NCBI RefSeq assembly: GCF_964204645.1
Contig: NC_134032.1
Coordinates: 124,001-188,000, forward strand
Direction: 5' to 3'
Source: Tubulanus polymorphus
Lineage: Eukaryota > Animalia > Nemertea
Length of the DNA: 64,000 bases
Part shown: positions 1 to 12,429 of the stretch, in pieces
Numbering within the stretch: the first letter of the stretch is position 1
How the letters are laid out: the number at the start of each line of letters is the position of its first letter
Notes under the pieces: generated by a model
What the model saw: only the letters and a program-made list of their open reading frames with translations
What the model was told of the DNA's origin: nothing
Databases searched by the model: none
Position numbers and translations under genes: made by a program

Positions 1-538
1 CAACATCTAACATAAGTCTGTCTTTTGCTGACACAGTTTTTTTTCTACGTAAAATCCTTGAAAGAAACCGATGCTGGTTACATTTCGATGTCAGATTGTC
101 GAGTGTGCGCCTCTTTAAAACTAATCCAGCAAATTAAGACAGTATTCTTCAGGCATTTTTAGAAAATAAAGTCAGTGATTTGCGGATGGCGACCTGTTGT
201 GGCTTGTGATTTGATATCTCAGTCGATGACCGACCCTGGCGCGTTATCTGAATGCGTTTTTCACACGATAAAAACCTAATAAACAATTTCAACTGTGTTT
301 TGTAACGTCGCCGGAAATCTCTAAGGAGGTCAAATTATCTAATGTTCCAAATGCGAACTTGTGATGGAGATGTTGAAGTTTAGTCTATTATCCTTTATCA
401 GTAGCGGAAACAAAGAAAATTTCAGTCTGAATATGAGTAGAGGCTGATTGTGTAAATACTGGACAAAACAATTAGGTCAGGAAAAATGTGCTGCACTTGT
501 TGAGATAAAATGACTGAATTCTAAATTCTGTTTTTCAG

Positions 539-676
539 TAAACGTTACTATGGCGGCGAGTAATCCAGGAATAAATGCAGACAATTCTAATTTAAGTATA
601 ATCGGTGACAATAATACAGTGAATCAAAATATCCACGCAGTTACTCAAGCCAGCACCAGACCTGCTGAGAATCTCG
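539..676 (+). CDS. Small exon encoding RHIM-like peptide 1 (MAASNPGINADNSNLSIIGDNNTVNQNIHAVTQASTRPAENL)
   Basis: Acceptor ttctgtttttcag|ta at 538/539, ATG at 550 in strong context (actATGGCG), open frame to donor G|gtaatt at 676/677; N/I/Q-rich core SIIGDNNTVNQ. Confidence 0.65.
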
Positions 677-3600
677 GTAATTATAGATTTTAACCATCAG
701 AGTTCAGTTCAGTACAGAATGATGTGACTTGAGTCTAAATGTGATCTCGTATATAAATCCGGTGTAAAGTTTTGAGGCGAAAGTAATATATTGTCTTTAA
801 AGATTCTGAGTACCAAAATGGACCCACCAACCCGATTGGTTTAAATCTTTGACTAATACTGTCAGGGTCTGGTTCTATAATCGGTATTTTGAATTATGGT
901 CTCTTATCACATCTGGTGACACAGTTTGTTTATCAGTCTCGAGTAGGAATAAAAACAGATTAACAGTATAAATACTGTTAACAGTAAAATAAGACCGCCG
1001 GGTGAAAGTTACCGTGATCAGATACTATCACGTTTCAATCCTAACCCTATAATTCAAAATGGGCCTGGGCCCAATTTGGCCCGACCAAAAACGTCGGACC
1101 AGGTGCGGGTCAACTGGTTCCGGTAGTGACTCACTTCGCTTTGTTTAGTATCAAGTGAGAGGTTTGCGTGTGAAGGCCAGTTTGTGGTGCTTTGGTACAG
1201 AGTAATGTAAATAAAGTGAATGTAAATGAATCAATGGTTCAAATGGGTGGCAATAATACGATGAATTTTTACCTTGGAGATACACAAACTATCGACAGAC
1301 CTGCTGAGAATCTCGGTAATTATAGATTTCTACCATCAGAACTCGTGCTTGAGTCCAAATGTGATCCTAAATCATAAGACGGGTCCGAAGTCTTTGACCA
1401 TGTCTCTAAAGATCGTTCTAAATCTTTAACTAAAATGATAGAAAATTATTTCAAGACATTCTATCCACCAGGTGGCGTATGATTGTTTAAGCCCAGTTGG
1501 GACTTTAGTCCCAGTTGGCTGTTGATTTCACTTTTTGCCCGTTCGTCCGTAGATGGAATCCAGTTATTTCGGATTGTCCCTGTTCACGATCAAGATGGCT
1601 GACAGGCAGCCAGTTCATACATATTTATTGCTATTGGAAGAACTTGTGACTGACACCTACTCAAAATCTAGTAAACTTACGATCAGTTTTTATAGCCACA
1701 TTTCAGGCATGAATTCCTCGATTGTTAAACATTAAAAATTATATCTCAGCAACAAATTTAGTTTATGGACGACAAAATAAAATTGATAATATTACTGTAA
1801 TTAATCAAATATTATTAAATGAAACATATTTAATTACTGAACTAATAGATACTTTCCATAATGGCTCCAGAAATCCTAAAATATTCAATACAGTTTTAGA
1901 TTATAAAGGTAATTTAGATGAAAAAATAATGAATATTCTTGAAACTCCTTTTAAAGAAAGAAATGATGATTTAATACTTTCTAAAGGTTACAATGATTTG
2001 ATTAACTTGAGAATTGAAAAACGAAAATAACATAATTTCAATCTTAATAATAAACAGATTACTTATAATGAAAATTCATCAAATATTGGAATTGGAATGA
2101 CTTTAATCAATATCCTTTATCTTTTATAAGTATATATATCTCCACAGCGCACATCAGCATAAGAAAAAGTTAAAATTTGGTCGATCGGACTCAATATGGC
2201 CGTCCTGAGACCTTTTTGTACCTATTTTTGGTCTAAATTCCGAGACCTGTAGCTTCCTAATTGTTTGGTATTTTCTGTTGAAATTTGTGATGGGTATTTT
2301 TTTGGAAAGGGGATTTCCTGACACATCAGACAGGTTTTTTTCATCATTCAATTTTAACGTAATTTCTTGCACACAGATGAAAAGAGGTGTTTTTGGGGAA
2401 AATGTCATTTTCACATAGTGGGTTAGTGATTTTAACTTAGTCTTGATATTTGGTCGTTATCAGCATTGTCATAGGACATGGAATTTCGGTCTTTTGTTCA
2501 ACCCACCAGGAGAATTAAATATTGAATTGAATACAATTTTCCATTTATATTGGTAACTCTGCATATTTTGTAAACGCGATCAATGAATTGATTTAAAAGT
2601 TGATTTGCTTAGATCAACTCGTTGATATCAGGACCTATAAGTTTTTTTCAGTGAGCGCTCAAATAAAAGCTGTTTTCGAACAAGCTGTAACAAATATTTT
2701 CTTTTAGCTAATTTTTCTCAATCGACCGGAAATTTGGAGACCAAATCAGCGACCATAGAAATTTTAACGACGCCAGTCGCAGCAAGTCGCACATGTTCTA
2801 CTTACTGCGACGCGATCGTCGCAATAGACCTACGGCTACGCGCTCTAGTGACTGGGAGATGCGCGATTTGATCCAGTAATACTGGGATTCGAACCCACAA
2901 TAGTTGTGAGATGTGTTTTGAAATAATTTTTTTTGAAGGATTCGTAGAATTTCTTATCATTTGTTTTCAAGCTGCTTTGACCAAAAAGACCAGTTATTTT
3001 AGCTCTAAGTCAATGACTATTACTAAATAGCTGTGTTGAAACCCAATTTTCCCTAATAGGCCAGAAATGCGACACTTTTTATCTTTGCGTGGTTTGGTTC
3101 CGATTTTAGTTACCACGTGACAATCGCAAGTACGATCGTTTCTTTATATCAGGAAATTTCACAATTTTACCGGCCCCTGCTTTATTGAAATCAAAGTTTT
3201 CAGTAACTATGGAAATAAGGGCACTTAGTCATTTGAAAAAAATGGCAAATAAAGATATATAGGTAGTTCTAGTAAAACAAGGACAGACTTCGGGGTTGGG
3301 GATCGGTAGTCCAGACCCTGCCTTCAAAATTGAACAATGAAAATGTAGATTAAGATTTGTAAGAATTATGAACTTTTGAATGAGATGAGCAAAAATTCAA
3401 GTTGAATTATCGGGAAGAGGATATGAATGTTTATAACTTCACCAGCGCGCATTGTTGCTTTAAATTTATGAATGAGTGATATCATAGAAAAGTTAATTAT
3501 CAGCTGAGTTCATCGATATTTTTACCTTATTTCTATTTTAATCCAATCCAGAGATATGAACGAAATAAGAAAATTAAACTGGGGAAAAAATTGGGACAAG

Positions 3601-6600
3601 AATTCAACAATGCGGACCCGGTGGGTACCCAAAAATAGCGCCTGGCAACTGTAAAAAGACTTATCGCGTCGCAACCGACTTACACCCGGCTTAAAATATC
3701 TCAAACTGATTTCATTTTTGTGGTCGGGTCGCGTAGCAACGCCGACCACGATGTTTTAGTGGTTCGACTTCATTTTCCCATTTTTTCTGTTATTTGACAC
3801 AAGATACGTAGCTTTGTAATTAGTTCAGGGAAATTTGTTGCACTTTCCTGGGTTTATTGAAAGAACGAATGAATTTATTTCTAAAAGAAGAAATCGAAGG
3901 AATTCTGTAAAATAATAATTATTTTCCCGCCTGATGTCATATCGGGATATCCCTTGACTTTTGCGCACCGATATGGCTGATCGGCCTTTCTAAAAAAAAG
4001 TAATTCATACTCGTTGAAGTGTGCCGCTACTTATTGTATTGTATATCCCAGGCCTAGAAACATTTTCTTGGTGAAATCTAAATTAACAAAGTATATTTGG
4101 TTTACCTGCGCTAAGACTTAAAACCGGCACTTCTTATGCGCGTAAGCAGCGAAGATTTGTGTTCAGAAAACCGGTTCATCGTGTATCACGTGACTAATAC
4201 AGTTTTCCAATCCTCATTTCAAAAGTTAAGAACTAAATGAAATGAATTGTTGTCATCCGATTTACTCAAACTGAAATTCACAGAAAGATGAGAAAGATTA
4301 ATAAACATCTTGTCCTGTGCTGAAAATTGCATGTTGATGCGCGGCGTAGTTTGCAGTATTTACTGCGGAGCTGTGATGATATCGCCCTCGTTTTAGTAAC
4401 ACGTGAAGCTCACCAAAATCAATGAAGCCGTTTATCTTTAGATTAAGTATAAATTTGTATAAAAAGGTGAAAAATCTGACTTTTTTAAAGGTGACTTTTG
4501 GAAATGTTTTCCTCGTGTAGATTGAAAATAAAGGATTTTTCCACTCGTGTAGATGGGACCTTGAATGTCTCTGATCGAACTTGTTGCTAACCCGACCCCA
4601 CAGAAAGATCCTTTCTGGTGCATATTTTGCCACCGCAATCAATTGCAAAGTTTTAGCTCATGACATGATGTATGATTGTGGTGAGTTTCAGGTTCGTTGG
4701 TTTTTGTTTAAGGTCACCAGGGGGCGTTGAATAGCAGAATAACTCAGTATTTCCTTGGTACCTAGGCATATTTTGTAACTGCGGTCAATTGTACAATTTT
4801 AGCTCATGACATTTTCTATGATTCTATGATTTTCAGGCAAAATCAGCCGCCATAGAAATTCTAAAAAAATCTCAAACTGATTTTATTTTTACAGATGTTG
4901 ATCAAGTTCGGAAGAACCTGAAAGAAACGTATAAACGAATGATCGATGTTGAAAATTACAAAGAGGTTTCGTGGAGCGATGAATTCGTCAATTTCAACGA
5001 CTTCTTCGCCCAAGAACACGCGAAAATTCAAGCCCAAAAACGAAACCCGAAGAAAAATGAAGGAAGTGAGGAGCAGTCATTGATTTTACCCGATGATTTC
5101 GGGAAACTTTTCACTTATAAAGAGAGTGATGTGAAACCCGTGTGCCTTGTAGGTGAACCCGGTATGGGTAAAACAACTCAGGTAGTTAATCAAGTGTTGT
5201 CATGGGAGCGATCACCGTTTCTAAAAAGATTTCCTATGTTATTCTATATACCGTTAAATGAACTGCCCGCTGATAACGCGTGTATTTATAAGTACATTTA
5301 CAAAAATCTTTTGAATCGAGTAATCGAAGAGAATCTGCTGATTAGTTTTGAGAGATTCTTACGGGAAAATGCAGAAAAATCGATATTTTTTCTAGACGGC
5401 TTCGACGAGTTAAAAAGCGATAAAGCGAAGAAAGACATCGTAGGCGTGACCAATGAATTACCGAAAGCGCATATCGTCATAACAACACGTGAGTCCGGGG
5501 GCAGCATGATCGTCACTGATCCCAAATTCACTGTTGTATCGATATCCGGCTTCAAACGGGAAGAAGTCATCGATATTATGAAGAGAAAATTCCCCGAGCG
5601 CGATGCAAAACAGCTATTCAACAAGCTTAGATACGCAGCGTCACCTTTATTTAAAAGTATCTACTACAACCCGCTGATACTACATATGTTTTGTTTTCTG
5701 TATATGGACGAGGAAGAAATTACGATACCATCAAAACTCACCGATATCTACATCGATTTGACATGTTTTCTGATCAGTAAACGCGAGGGCCTCGAGTTGT
5801 CGAAGGAATGTTTTTTCCGCAATATCGAAAATTCTAAAGCGCTTAAAGAAATTTGTCAAGTCGCGTATGAGACGCTCATCGAGCATCAAAACAGCTTCAC
5901 CGAAAGTCGTCTTGAACTCGACGAATCGAAAAGGACGGCTTTGACGTGCAAAGAGATGTCGCCGCGACGGAAATCAGACTGCTCCGTCCAGCTGCGGTTC
6001 ATACACAAATCTGTGCACGAATTTCTGGCGGCGGTACACTCGGTCGTACAATTCAACAACAGTAATGAAATACCCTGGAAAACACCCTGGAATAAATGCG
6101 CGTTTGAACAACTACAGGACGAACTTGTGAAATATGGTGAATTATACCCGAGATTCATGGCAGGGCTGCTGTATCGTTACAAGTTTAACCGCGGCCTCGG
6201 TGAACTTTTCAAGACTTTAATAGATGAACATTTAAAAGCAGTCACAATAATGGATGAGTACCAGTCCTTGGTTACGGTTACTAGGGAATCGGCAGATATG
6301 CCGCTCATCCCCGATTACGAACGCTACATCGAACTCCGATCCGAAAGAACTGTTTTATCTGATCAGTTGTCAATCTGCATGGATGAAGCCGACTGGCCGG
6401 ACGACGCCATTAGTGAAATAGTTCCCTACATGCAGAAAATGTTGTTCGTATCTGCATTTTATAGCAGATCGTGGATAAACATGCTCGCAAAAATACTCGA
6501 ACACAAACAATGTCAGATCGAGCTAGTTTACATACTGGGTATTCACGAACTGAAACCCGACGAATACCGCCGCGTATTAGAAACAGCCATAACGAGTAAC

Positions 6601-7737
6601 ACTAGTCTTCACGGTATGATATTAGATACACGCGGGTCATCAATACCCGATCAGTTCTTGACTATGTGTAAGAAAAGCTACAGTATAAACTGGTTTGTGT
6701 GGCGAGATAGAATCGACAACACTGGTGAATGTTACAAGAAACTCAATAATGAATGGATTATTACAAGTCACGAGATTAGATCTAAAGATGACGCGCGGTT
6801 GATCAGTGTTGATACTAACACACACAATACAGTGGAGAGTCTGATTATTAATACTGTTGTTAGTGCGGAACGTTTTGGTTATATTTTAGTCAATATTCAC
6901 AAATCGTATCCATCCATAAAACATCTATATCTCAGATCGTGGCCTCAATATCAGCTCGATAGAAATACAATCGGAGGGCTGATAAACATCATTCCGAGTT
7001 TGAAAACCTTATGTCTTGGTGGAGTAATATTCGATAATGATTTGATCGGTTCGGAGGAATTGAATGATTTAAACAACACGTTAAAATCGTCAGACATCGA
7101 AACAATTCAGCTCGGAGTGTACGGACTGCGCGAACTGCGCGAACAGCTCGGACTGCTCGGACTAACGACAGATGAATGTGCAGCAATCAGTGATAATGTC
7201 GGTTCAATGCAGAAACTAAAACGTCTTTTCATTTACGGATTTAATTTACAAAAACACCGCGTTCTAGATCACCTGCCGCGGCTGACTGTATTAGAAATAG
7301 AGTTGCAGTCAGAAGCTGATGTTGACGCACTTGTTCGGTATCTATCAACAGATGCGGTAAATCAGCTGATACAAGTCAGTATTGATAGCCGTCTCGATAG
7401 ACCGGAACAGAACAATCGCATCTTTAAACAACTAAAACACGTCTCATCAATTCGTTATTTAAAGTTTCACAGTTCACTCACGCGGATTAATACACAGCAC
7501 GATATCGATTTATTCGTCAAATTAATCGTCGAATTAATCGATAATCTTCCGCATCTTTCTGACCTGTTTATCTACTGCTGCAGCACCGACCACTATACGA
7601 CGAGAGATTACTTCATATCAGAACTTAAAAAACTCAATAAAAGACTGAGAGTAGAAATAGGGGTTTACTACCCAGCATCTGTATTATCAGATTCATCAGA
7701 TATATCATCGATATCGGAGCTCAGTGACGCAAATTAA
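550..7737 (+). CDS. NLR-family receptor: N-terminal RHIM-like motif(s) + NACHT + LRR-like C-terminus (predicted exons 550-676, optional ~1181-1315, 4895-7737)
   Basis: ORF 4939-7737 has Walker A GEPGMGKT, Walker B IFFLDGFDE, sensor-1 IVITTR, YNPLIL (GxP-equivalent), winged-helix motif FIHKSVHEFLAA and C-terminal LxxLxL repeats (IKHLYL, LKTLCL, LKRLFI, LTVLEI, IRYLKF, LSDLFI). The frame stays open upstream to a phase-1 acceptor (ttttattttt acag|at at 4894/4895) that matches phase-1 donors at 676 and 1315 (CTC G|gtaatt). The NACHT exon is high confidence; the join to the 5' exons is inferred. Confidence 0.85.
1181..1315 (+). CDS. Small exon encoding RHIM-like peptide 2 (...VQSNVNKVNVNESMVQMGGNNTMNFYLGDTQTIDRPAENL)
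   Basis: ORF 1192-1377; VQMGGNNTM fits the RHIM core; it has the same 3' end and donor (RPAENL G|gtaatt) as exon 539-676. The 5' boundary is uncertain (candidate acceptors at 1148, 1180, 1200). Confidence 0.6.
1722..2030 (+). mobile_element. Possible degenerate non-LTR retrotransposon 3' fragment in the NLR intron
   Basis: AT-rich 102-aa ORF; NLVYG...INQILL..YLI resembles the C-terminal tail of L1/Tx1-type ORF2, but no catalytic motif is present. Confidence 0.25.
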
Positions 7738-8136
7738 GTAGATTCAACGATTTATAAGATTCAATCGACTAACGCGCATTTTGTAAAACGTCACTTCCTA
7801 GAAACACAACAGAAACTGAACTGATATTAAACCGCAGTTTATCCTAGAGCTTATCTTCTGAATTGTGGGTTGTTATGTATGGCATGTTACAGCTTGGCAG
7901 CCCGCATGTCGGGTAGTTCAGTGGACTTCCCTGAACACGAAAATGACCGCTGCCCAATTTTCATTGTTACCGTCGTTGCCATAGCAACCGTTTTGTATCC
8001 AAATTTCCAAAAAGTGACCATATGGTCATTGGGGCCTAGATTTTGGAATTCACATTATATATGTGTGAAATCTTATTGTCGGAAATTGAAGTAAACTTTA
8101 CACGCGGTATCAGATTATCTCGGAAAAAAATCTGAA

Positions 8137-8531
8137 TTTGTTGAGATTTATTGCCATGGCAACCGCAAATCTTTGATTTTCTCATTTTGTGTGTGTGTTT
8201 TCGGCAAATATAGTTGTTGCATATATTTGAGTTGCCTCACAGGTTTTAAACCATCTTTTTCTTAAAACGTCTTCTCCACATTATTTGGTACATTTTGAAT
8301 ATAACATCGAACATGACTAATATACCGTAGTTGAGATGGGAGGTAAAATTGATCCAAAGATTTTACCTCCTACTGTAGGATCATTAAAACCACACGTCTG
8401 AAGGGCGCAACTGCAAACATTGATTTGGACAGCACAAGTATTCAAGCCCGAATTCCATGATCCACAGTTATATTTCCCGAATGAGAAAATCAAACATTTT
8501 GCGGTCGCCATGGCAATAAATCTCAACAAAT
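8137..8531. mobile_element. Inverted-repeat (MITE-like) element
   Basis: tttgttgagattttattgccatggcaaccgcaaa...ttgattttctcatt (8137-8190) is the near reverse complement of 8481-8531. Confidence 0.65.
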
Positions 8532-8895
8532 GCAGATAATCTGATATTCACCATTTTTATCTTGCTCGCTGTAGTCAATTGTTTATATAATTGTGTATTT
8601 CGTGTCTATTTTATTGTTAACCAATGTTTATTCACTGTACGGGACAGAGAAGGTCTCAACCTAGCTATCCAAGACCAATCTTTGGGCATTTTTGGGTAGA
8701 GCTTGGCACCCGGGCTTAAATGAAAGGTGAGACTCCCCCCACCCCCTGAAACACCTGTCTGCCACTATGTGATTTTTCACTTTCGGCCTATAGGGGGCGC
8801 TAAATACGAGGTATTCGTTAGGAAGGAAAATCGTCAAATATATTGCAAATTAACCTTAAAAGGTTGTTAACCTTTTGCACGTCAGCAGAGTATGG

Positions 8896-8899
<4 letters not shown>

Positions 8900-8941
<42 letters not shown>
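8900..8941. repeat. (TA)n microsatellite
   Basis: Pure TA run. Confidence 0.95.
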
Positions 8942-8943
<2 letters not shown>

Positions 8944-9859
8944 AACGTTTAAAATCATATATTGTTGGCTGCTGCCTAGCAACCTAATTTGGGCGTTGTT
9001 CACAGGGCTGAAAATTTCTGTTAATGCAAAGACACGGGAATTATATTAATCAGTTTTAGTTAACTAAATAATAACATAATTCATTTATTGCCCGTGTTTC
9101 ATATGACGAATCATAATGACCATCATTGTTGAAACGTCGTTGCTATGACACCATAGATTTAGATTCAATTAATGGATAAATGGATAACCGACTTTCCTGT
9201 TGCTGTGGGACATCAACATCAAACAAACTCCGTTACCATGGAAGCACATACTGTTAAAGGTTGTACTCCAACATTGTTGACTGTCTCCATGGTAACCAAG
9301 GCGGAAAATGCCTATGAAATTATTTTGGTTACAGTCCGATCTCGAGTTGTCGCAGAAAAGTGATACTGGTATCGATTGCTATGTTTTCCGGGTCGCTCTA
9401 CCCGTTTTTGGGCAGAGAAAAAGCTACAACTTAAATAAAATGAAAATCTAGTAGTCCGACCACTAATAAATAGTTCTAGAATCATCATATCCCGTATAAA
9501 TCCATTGTATTTTGATGAAATGAGCATGACTTCATTTGCAGCTAATGATTCAAATTTAGGTTTGCTCAATGACAATAACGACAATAATGGGTGTTATTTT
9601 AAAATCATGTCTCAGATCTTTGCCATGGATGAAACAATGCAGCTGAATGGAGTCAGTTAAGAGGAAAAGGGTGTTTGATGGTGGAGAGTGTTGTTTGTTT
9701 TGTGAAAAGAAGGGTACGGAAAAGTTGTTACTTGGAAAAGATGGTGCCCTTAAGCCCAATATATTCTGCTGAAAATAAAGACTGTGTCATCTAGTTTATA
9801 CAGATTGTTGTGTGGTGTTTATTTGGAGCTGGGCATTTTTCATTATGAGGATAATGGAC

Positions 9860-10157
9860 CACAAGTTTCCATTTCTATGGACTGGGCCCGGTCTAATCTT
9901 ACACAAGTTTCCATTTCTATATGGACTGGGCCCGGTCTAATCTTACACAAGTTTCCATTTCTATATGGACTGGGCCCGGTCTAAGAGACGACACAACTGT
10001 GATCCGGGTCGCGACTAAGAGACGACACAACTGTGATCCGGGTCGCGACTAAGAGACGACACAACTGTGATCCGGGTCGCGACTAAGAGACGACACAACT
10101 GTGATCCGGGTCGCGACTAAGAGACGACACAACTATGATCCGGGTCGCGACTAAGAT
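9860..10157. repeat. Two abutting minisatellites (~41-bp unit x3; 38-bp unit x~4.5)
   Basis: acaagtttccatttctatatggactgggcccggtctaatcttac repeats, then ctaagagacgacacaactgtgatccgggtcgcga repeats. Confidence 0.9.
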
Positions 10158-10914
10158 GATCACTGTGAGTATTGATAGCCTTCTCCCAAAAACCGTTTTA
10201 ACCAACTTTTAACGACGCATTTCAAATCATTCACAATTTTCATTTTGAAAAAACCAATTTCATTTTTCCTCGCAACGATAGAATTAAACAGATTTTAAAA
10301 TATTCGGGTAACTGCGATAAACTATTATTAGACATCCATTTTTACTAATATTTACCGCTGCTATTGCCCTTAGTTTGCTCCTCATATTAGAATTCCACTT
10401 GGGCCGATCTCAATCCCTCTAATCGGTCAGAAAATTATATGTAATTATGTAATAAATATATCTAATTCCTCCTTTTCTATCGGAATTTTTTGAAGCATCG
10501 ATTGCGTTATCAAATATTCTAAAAAGTAAGTCCCACCATTTATATTGGAAATTATAAAAACAAAACTACCATCATTTTTGAATACTAAGTTGTTTAATGA
10601 ACAACTTAAATCTAGCAAACAAAATCATCTCGAGGATTTTTTGCTAAATAAAAGTTAAGTGAATATTTCAATCGCTTGATGTTTACGTCATACGGTCTAC
10701 TTCTGTTTTATAAAAGTCGAACAAGTTTATCTTGCTTGTGAAATATCAAAAAGTTATGATCTTTCTGATTTCAACAATTTCTAATCAGACCCGATCGCCC
10801 CCGGTAATAAATTACGCCTTCTTCACCAAAAGGACACGCTGGGAAGAACAGAAATAACCCTGAAATCTCCCTAACCCTAGCTCTGGTAACCCTAACCCTA
10901 GTTCGACCCTAACC

Positions 10915-10985
10915 CTAGCAGGACTCGAACCCGCGATCCTCAGTATACCAGCCGAGCATGTTGACCACTGGACCATAGATCAGTA
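10915..10985 (-). mobile_element. tRNA-derived SINE head or tRNA pseudogene
   Basis: Minus strand reads TGGTCCAGTGG (A box) ... GGTTCGAGTCC (B box) at tRNA spacing; the acceptor stem is not convincing; followed by TAGGGTTAGGG repeats. Confidence 0.6.
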
Positions 10986-10999
10986 GTTGGTCTGGTTAG

Positions 11000-11130
11000 T
11001 GTGGTGACCGGCGATCAGTCAGGTGCGGTGACTGGCGACCAGTCAGGTGTGGTGACCAGTGACCAGTCAGGTGCGGTGACCAGTGACCAGTCAGGTGTGG
11101 TGACCAGTGACCAGTCAGATGTGGTGACTC
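11000..11130. repeat. 22-bp minisatellite (ggtgaccagtgaccagtcaggt-like)
   Basis: About 5-6 tandem copies. Confidence 0.85.
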
Positions 11131-12429
11131 TTCACTGACTACCCGCTATTATTCTCTGATTACAACAGTTTCTAATCAGACCTGATCTAAATTGCCGCCG
11201 CCAGAAATAGATTAAAAACTTTCTCTTCTATCGACGCTATCAAGAATTATCAGCTGAATATGTTCTATTTTGTCAACATTGTTGCACCGCGTCTTACCTA
11301 CAGCGCCTCCTAGTGGAGGAGGAGAATATCCATCCTATAACCTATAAACATCCGCCATCTTACGAGGAAGCAATGAGTAGCATGTGAACTCTTCACAGAC
11401 ACCAAAACCTGAAAGAAGTGAAATTAAATTTCATTTTGATAAGTCGTTACATTTACATCGAAGCCTTAGTTTGTTTCAGGCCTATTTCTAATTCAGCTAC
11501 GTAATTTGAAATGGTCGTCTGGTTGAGTTTATCGTCACAACTATAACGAATTCAAACAGTGAATTTTAAAACTTTGAAATTTAATTTTATCGACAACGAG
11601 AAGGTTGTGAAATTGGAGGAACTGACCTCGCGAAATTACAATACACAGAGACCTACCTAGAATCGGCGTGAGGAAAATAAAACAGCACGAAATGACTTCA
11701 AAACGATGACTTTAAAAGTTCGTAGCCGCATCCAACATTTATAATCTACATATAGAATAATTGTAATAAATTGTTGAATCTGATTCTGTTTTATGTAATG
11801 AATTTCGATGTTTGCAATAAAACACTGATGTTCAATGGTACAAAAACAACCGCTTCTATTACGAGATTAATTTGAGAGGAGACCTCAAAATAACAAGGTG
11901 TGAATGATTTAAATATAATAATTATTCAATGATTTGAATCATCAATTAAAAAAACCGCGTCTCCTAAAAATATACGCGAGAAATATCGACATCAAAAACA
12001 GCGCGACCAAAATCAGTAAATTAATTCAACCAAATAAACCAGAAACCCAGGTCCCACAGGAATAGGACCCGACCGGGTGGGGTGAGGTGGGTGCTGTCTG
12101 AACCTGAAACCAGTTGTACGTAAGTAAATGTCATTTGTATTTTATAAGAAGTAGAGTTCAACAGTTCAACTCTTCATCTTAATCAAATCACACTTAACTC
12201 ACAAACTGTCAAACATTTTCAATCAAGTACAATTGTAAATAAATGCAACTTTAATTGTCAAAAAGTTCCACTTGAAATAACAACTGTATTTTATATAAAC
12301 AGCTGAAATTATGTTCTAATTCACAGATTTATCAACTAACTATTCTAACCTAACCTATATATTCGGCCTACCTATTCGGGCTCGGGTTTAGGGGTAGGGC
12401 GGGGGATACTGAAATAGAGACATGTTATA

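Noticed and set aside
426-475. Coding exon upstream of RHIM exon 1
   Set aside because: The frame needed to join exon 539 contains a TGA; if real, it is a 5'-UTR exon, which supports ATG 550 as the start.
10915-10985. Functional tRNA gene
   Set aside because: A and B boxes are present, but the acceptor stem and anticodon arm are imperfect and there is no oligo-T terminator; treated as SINE-like.
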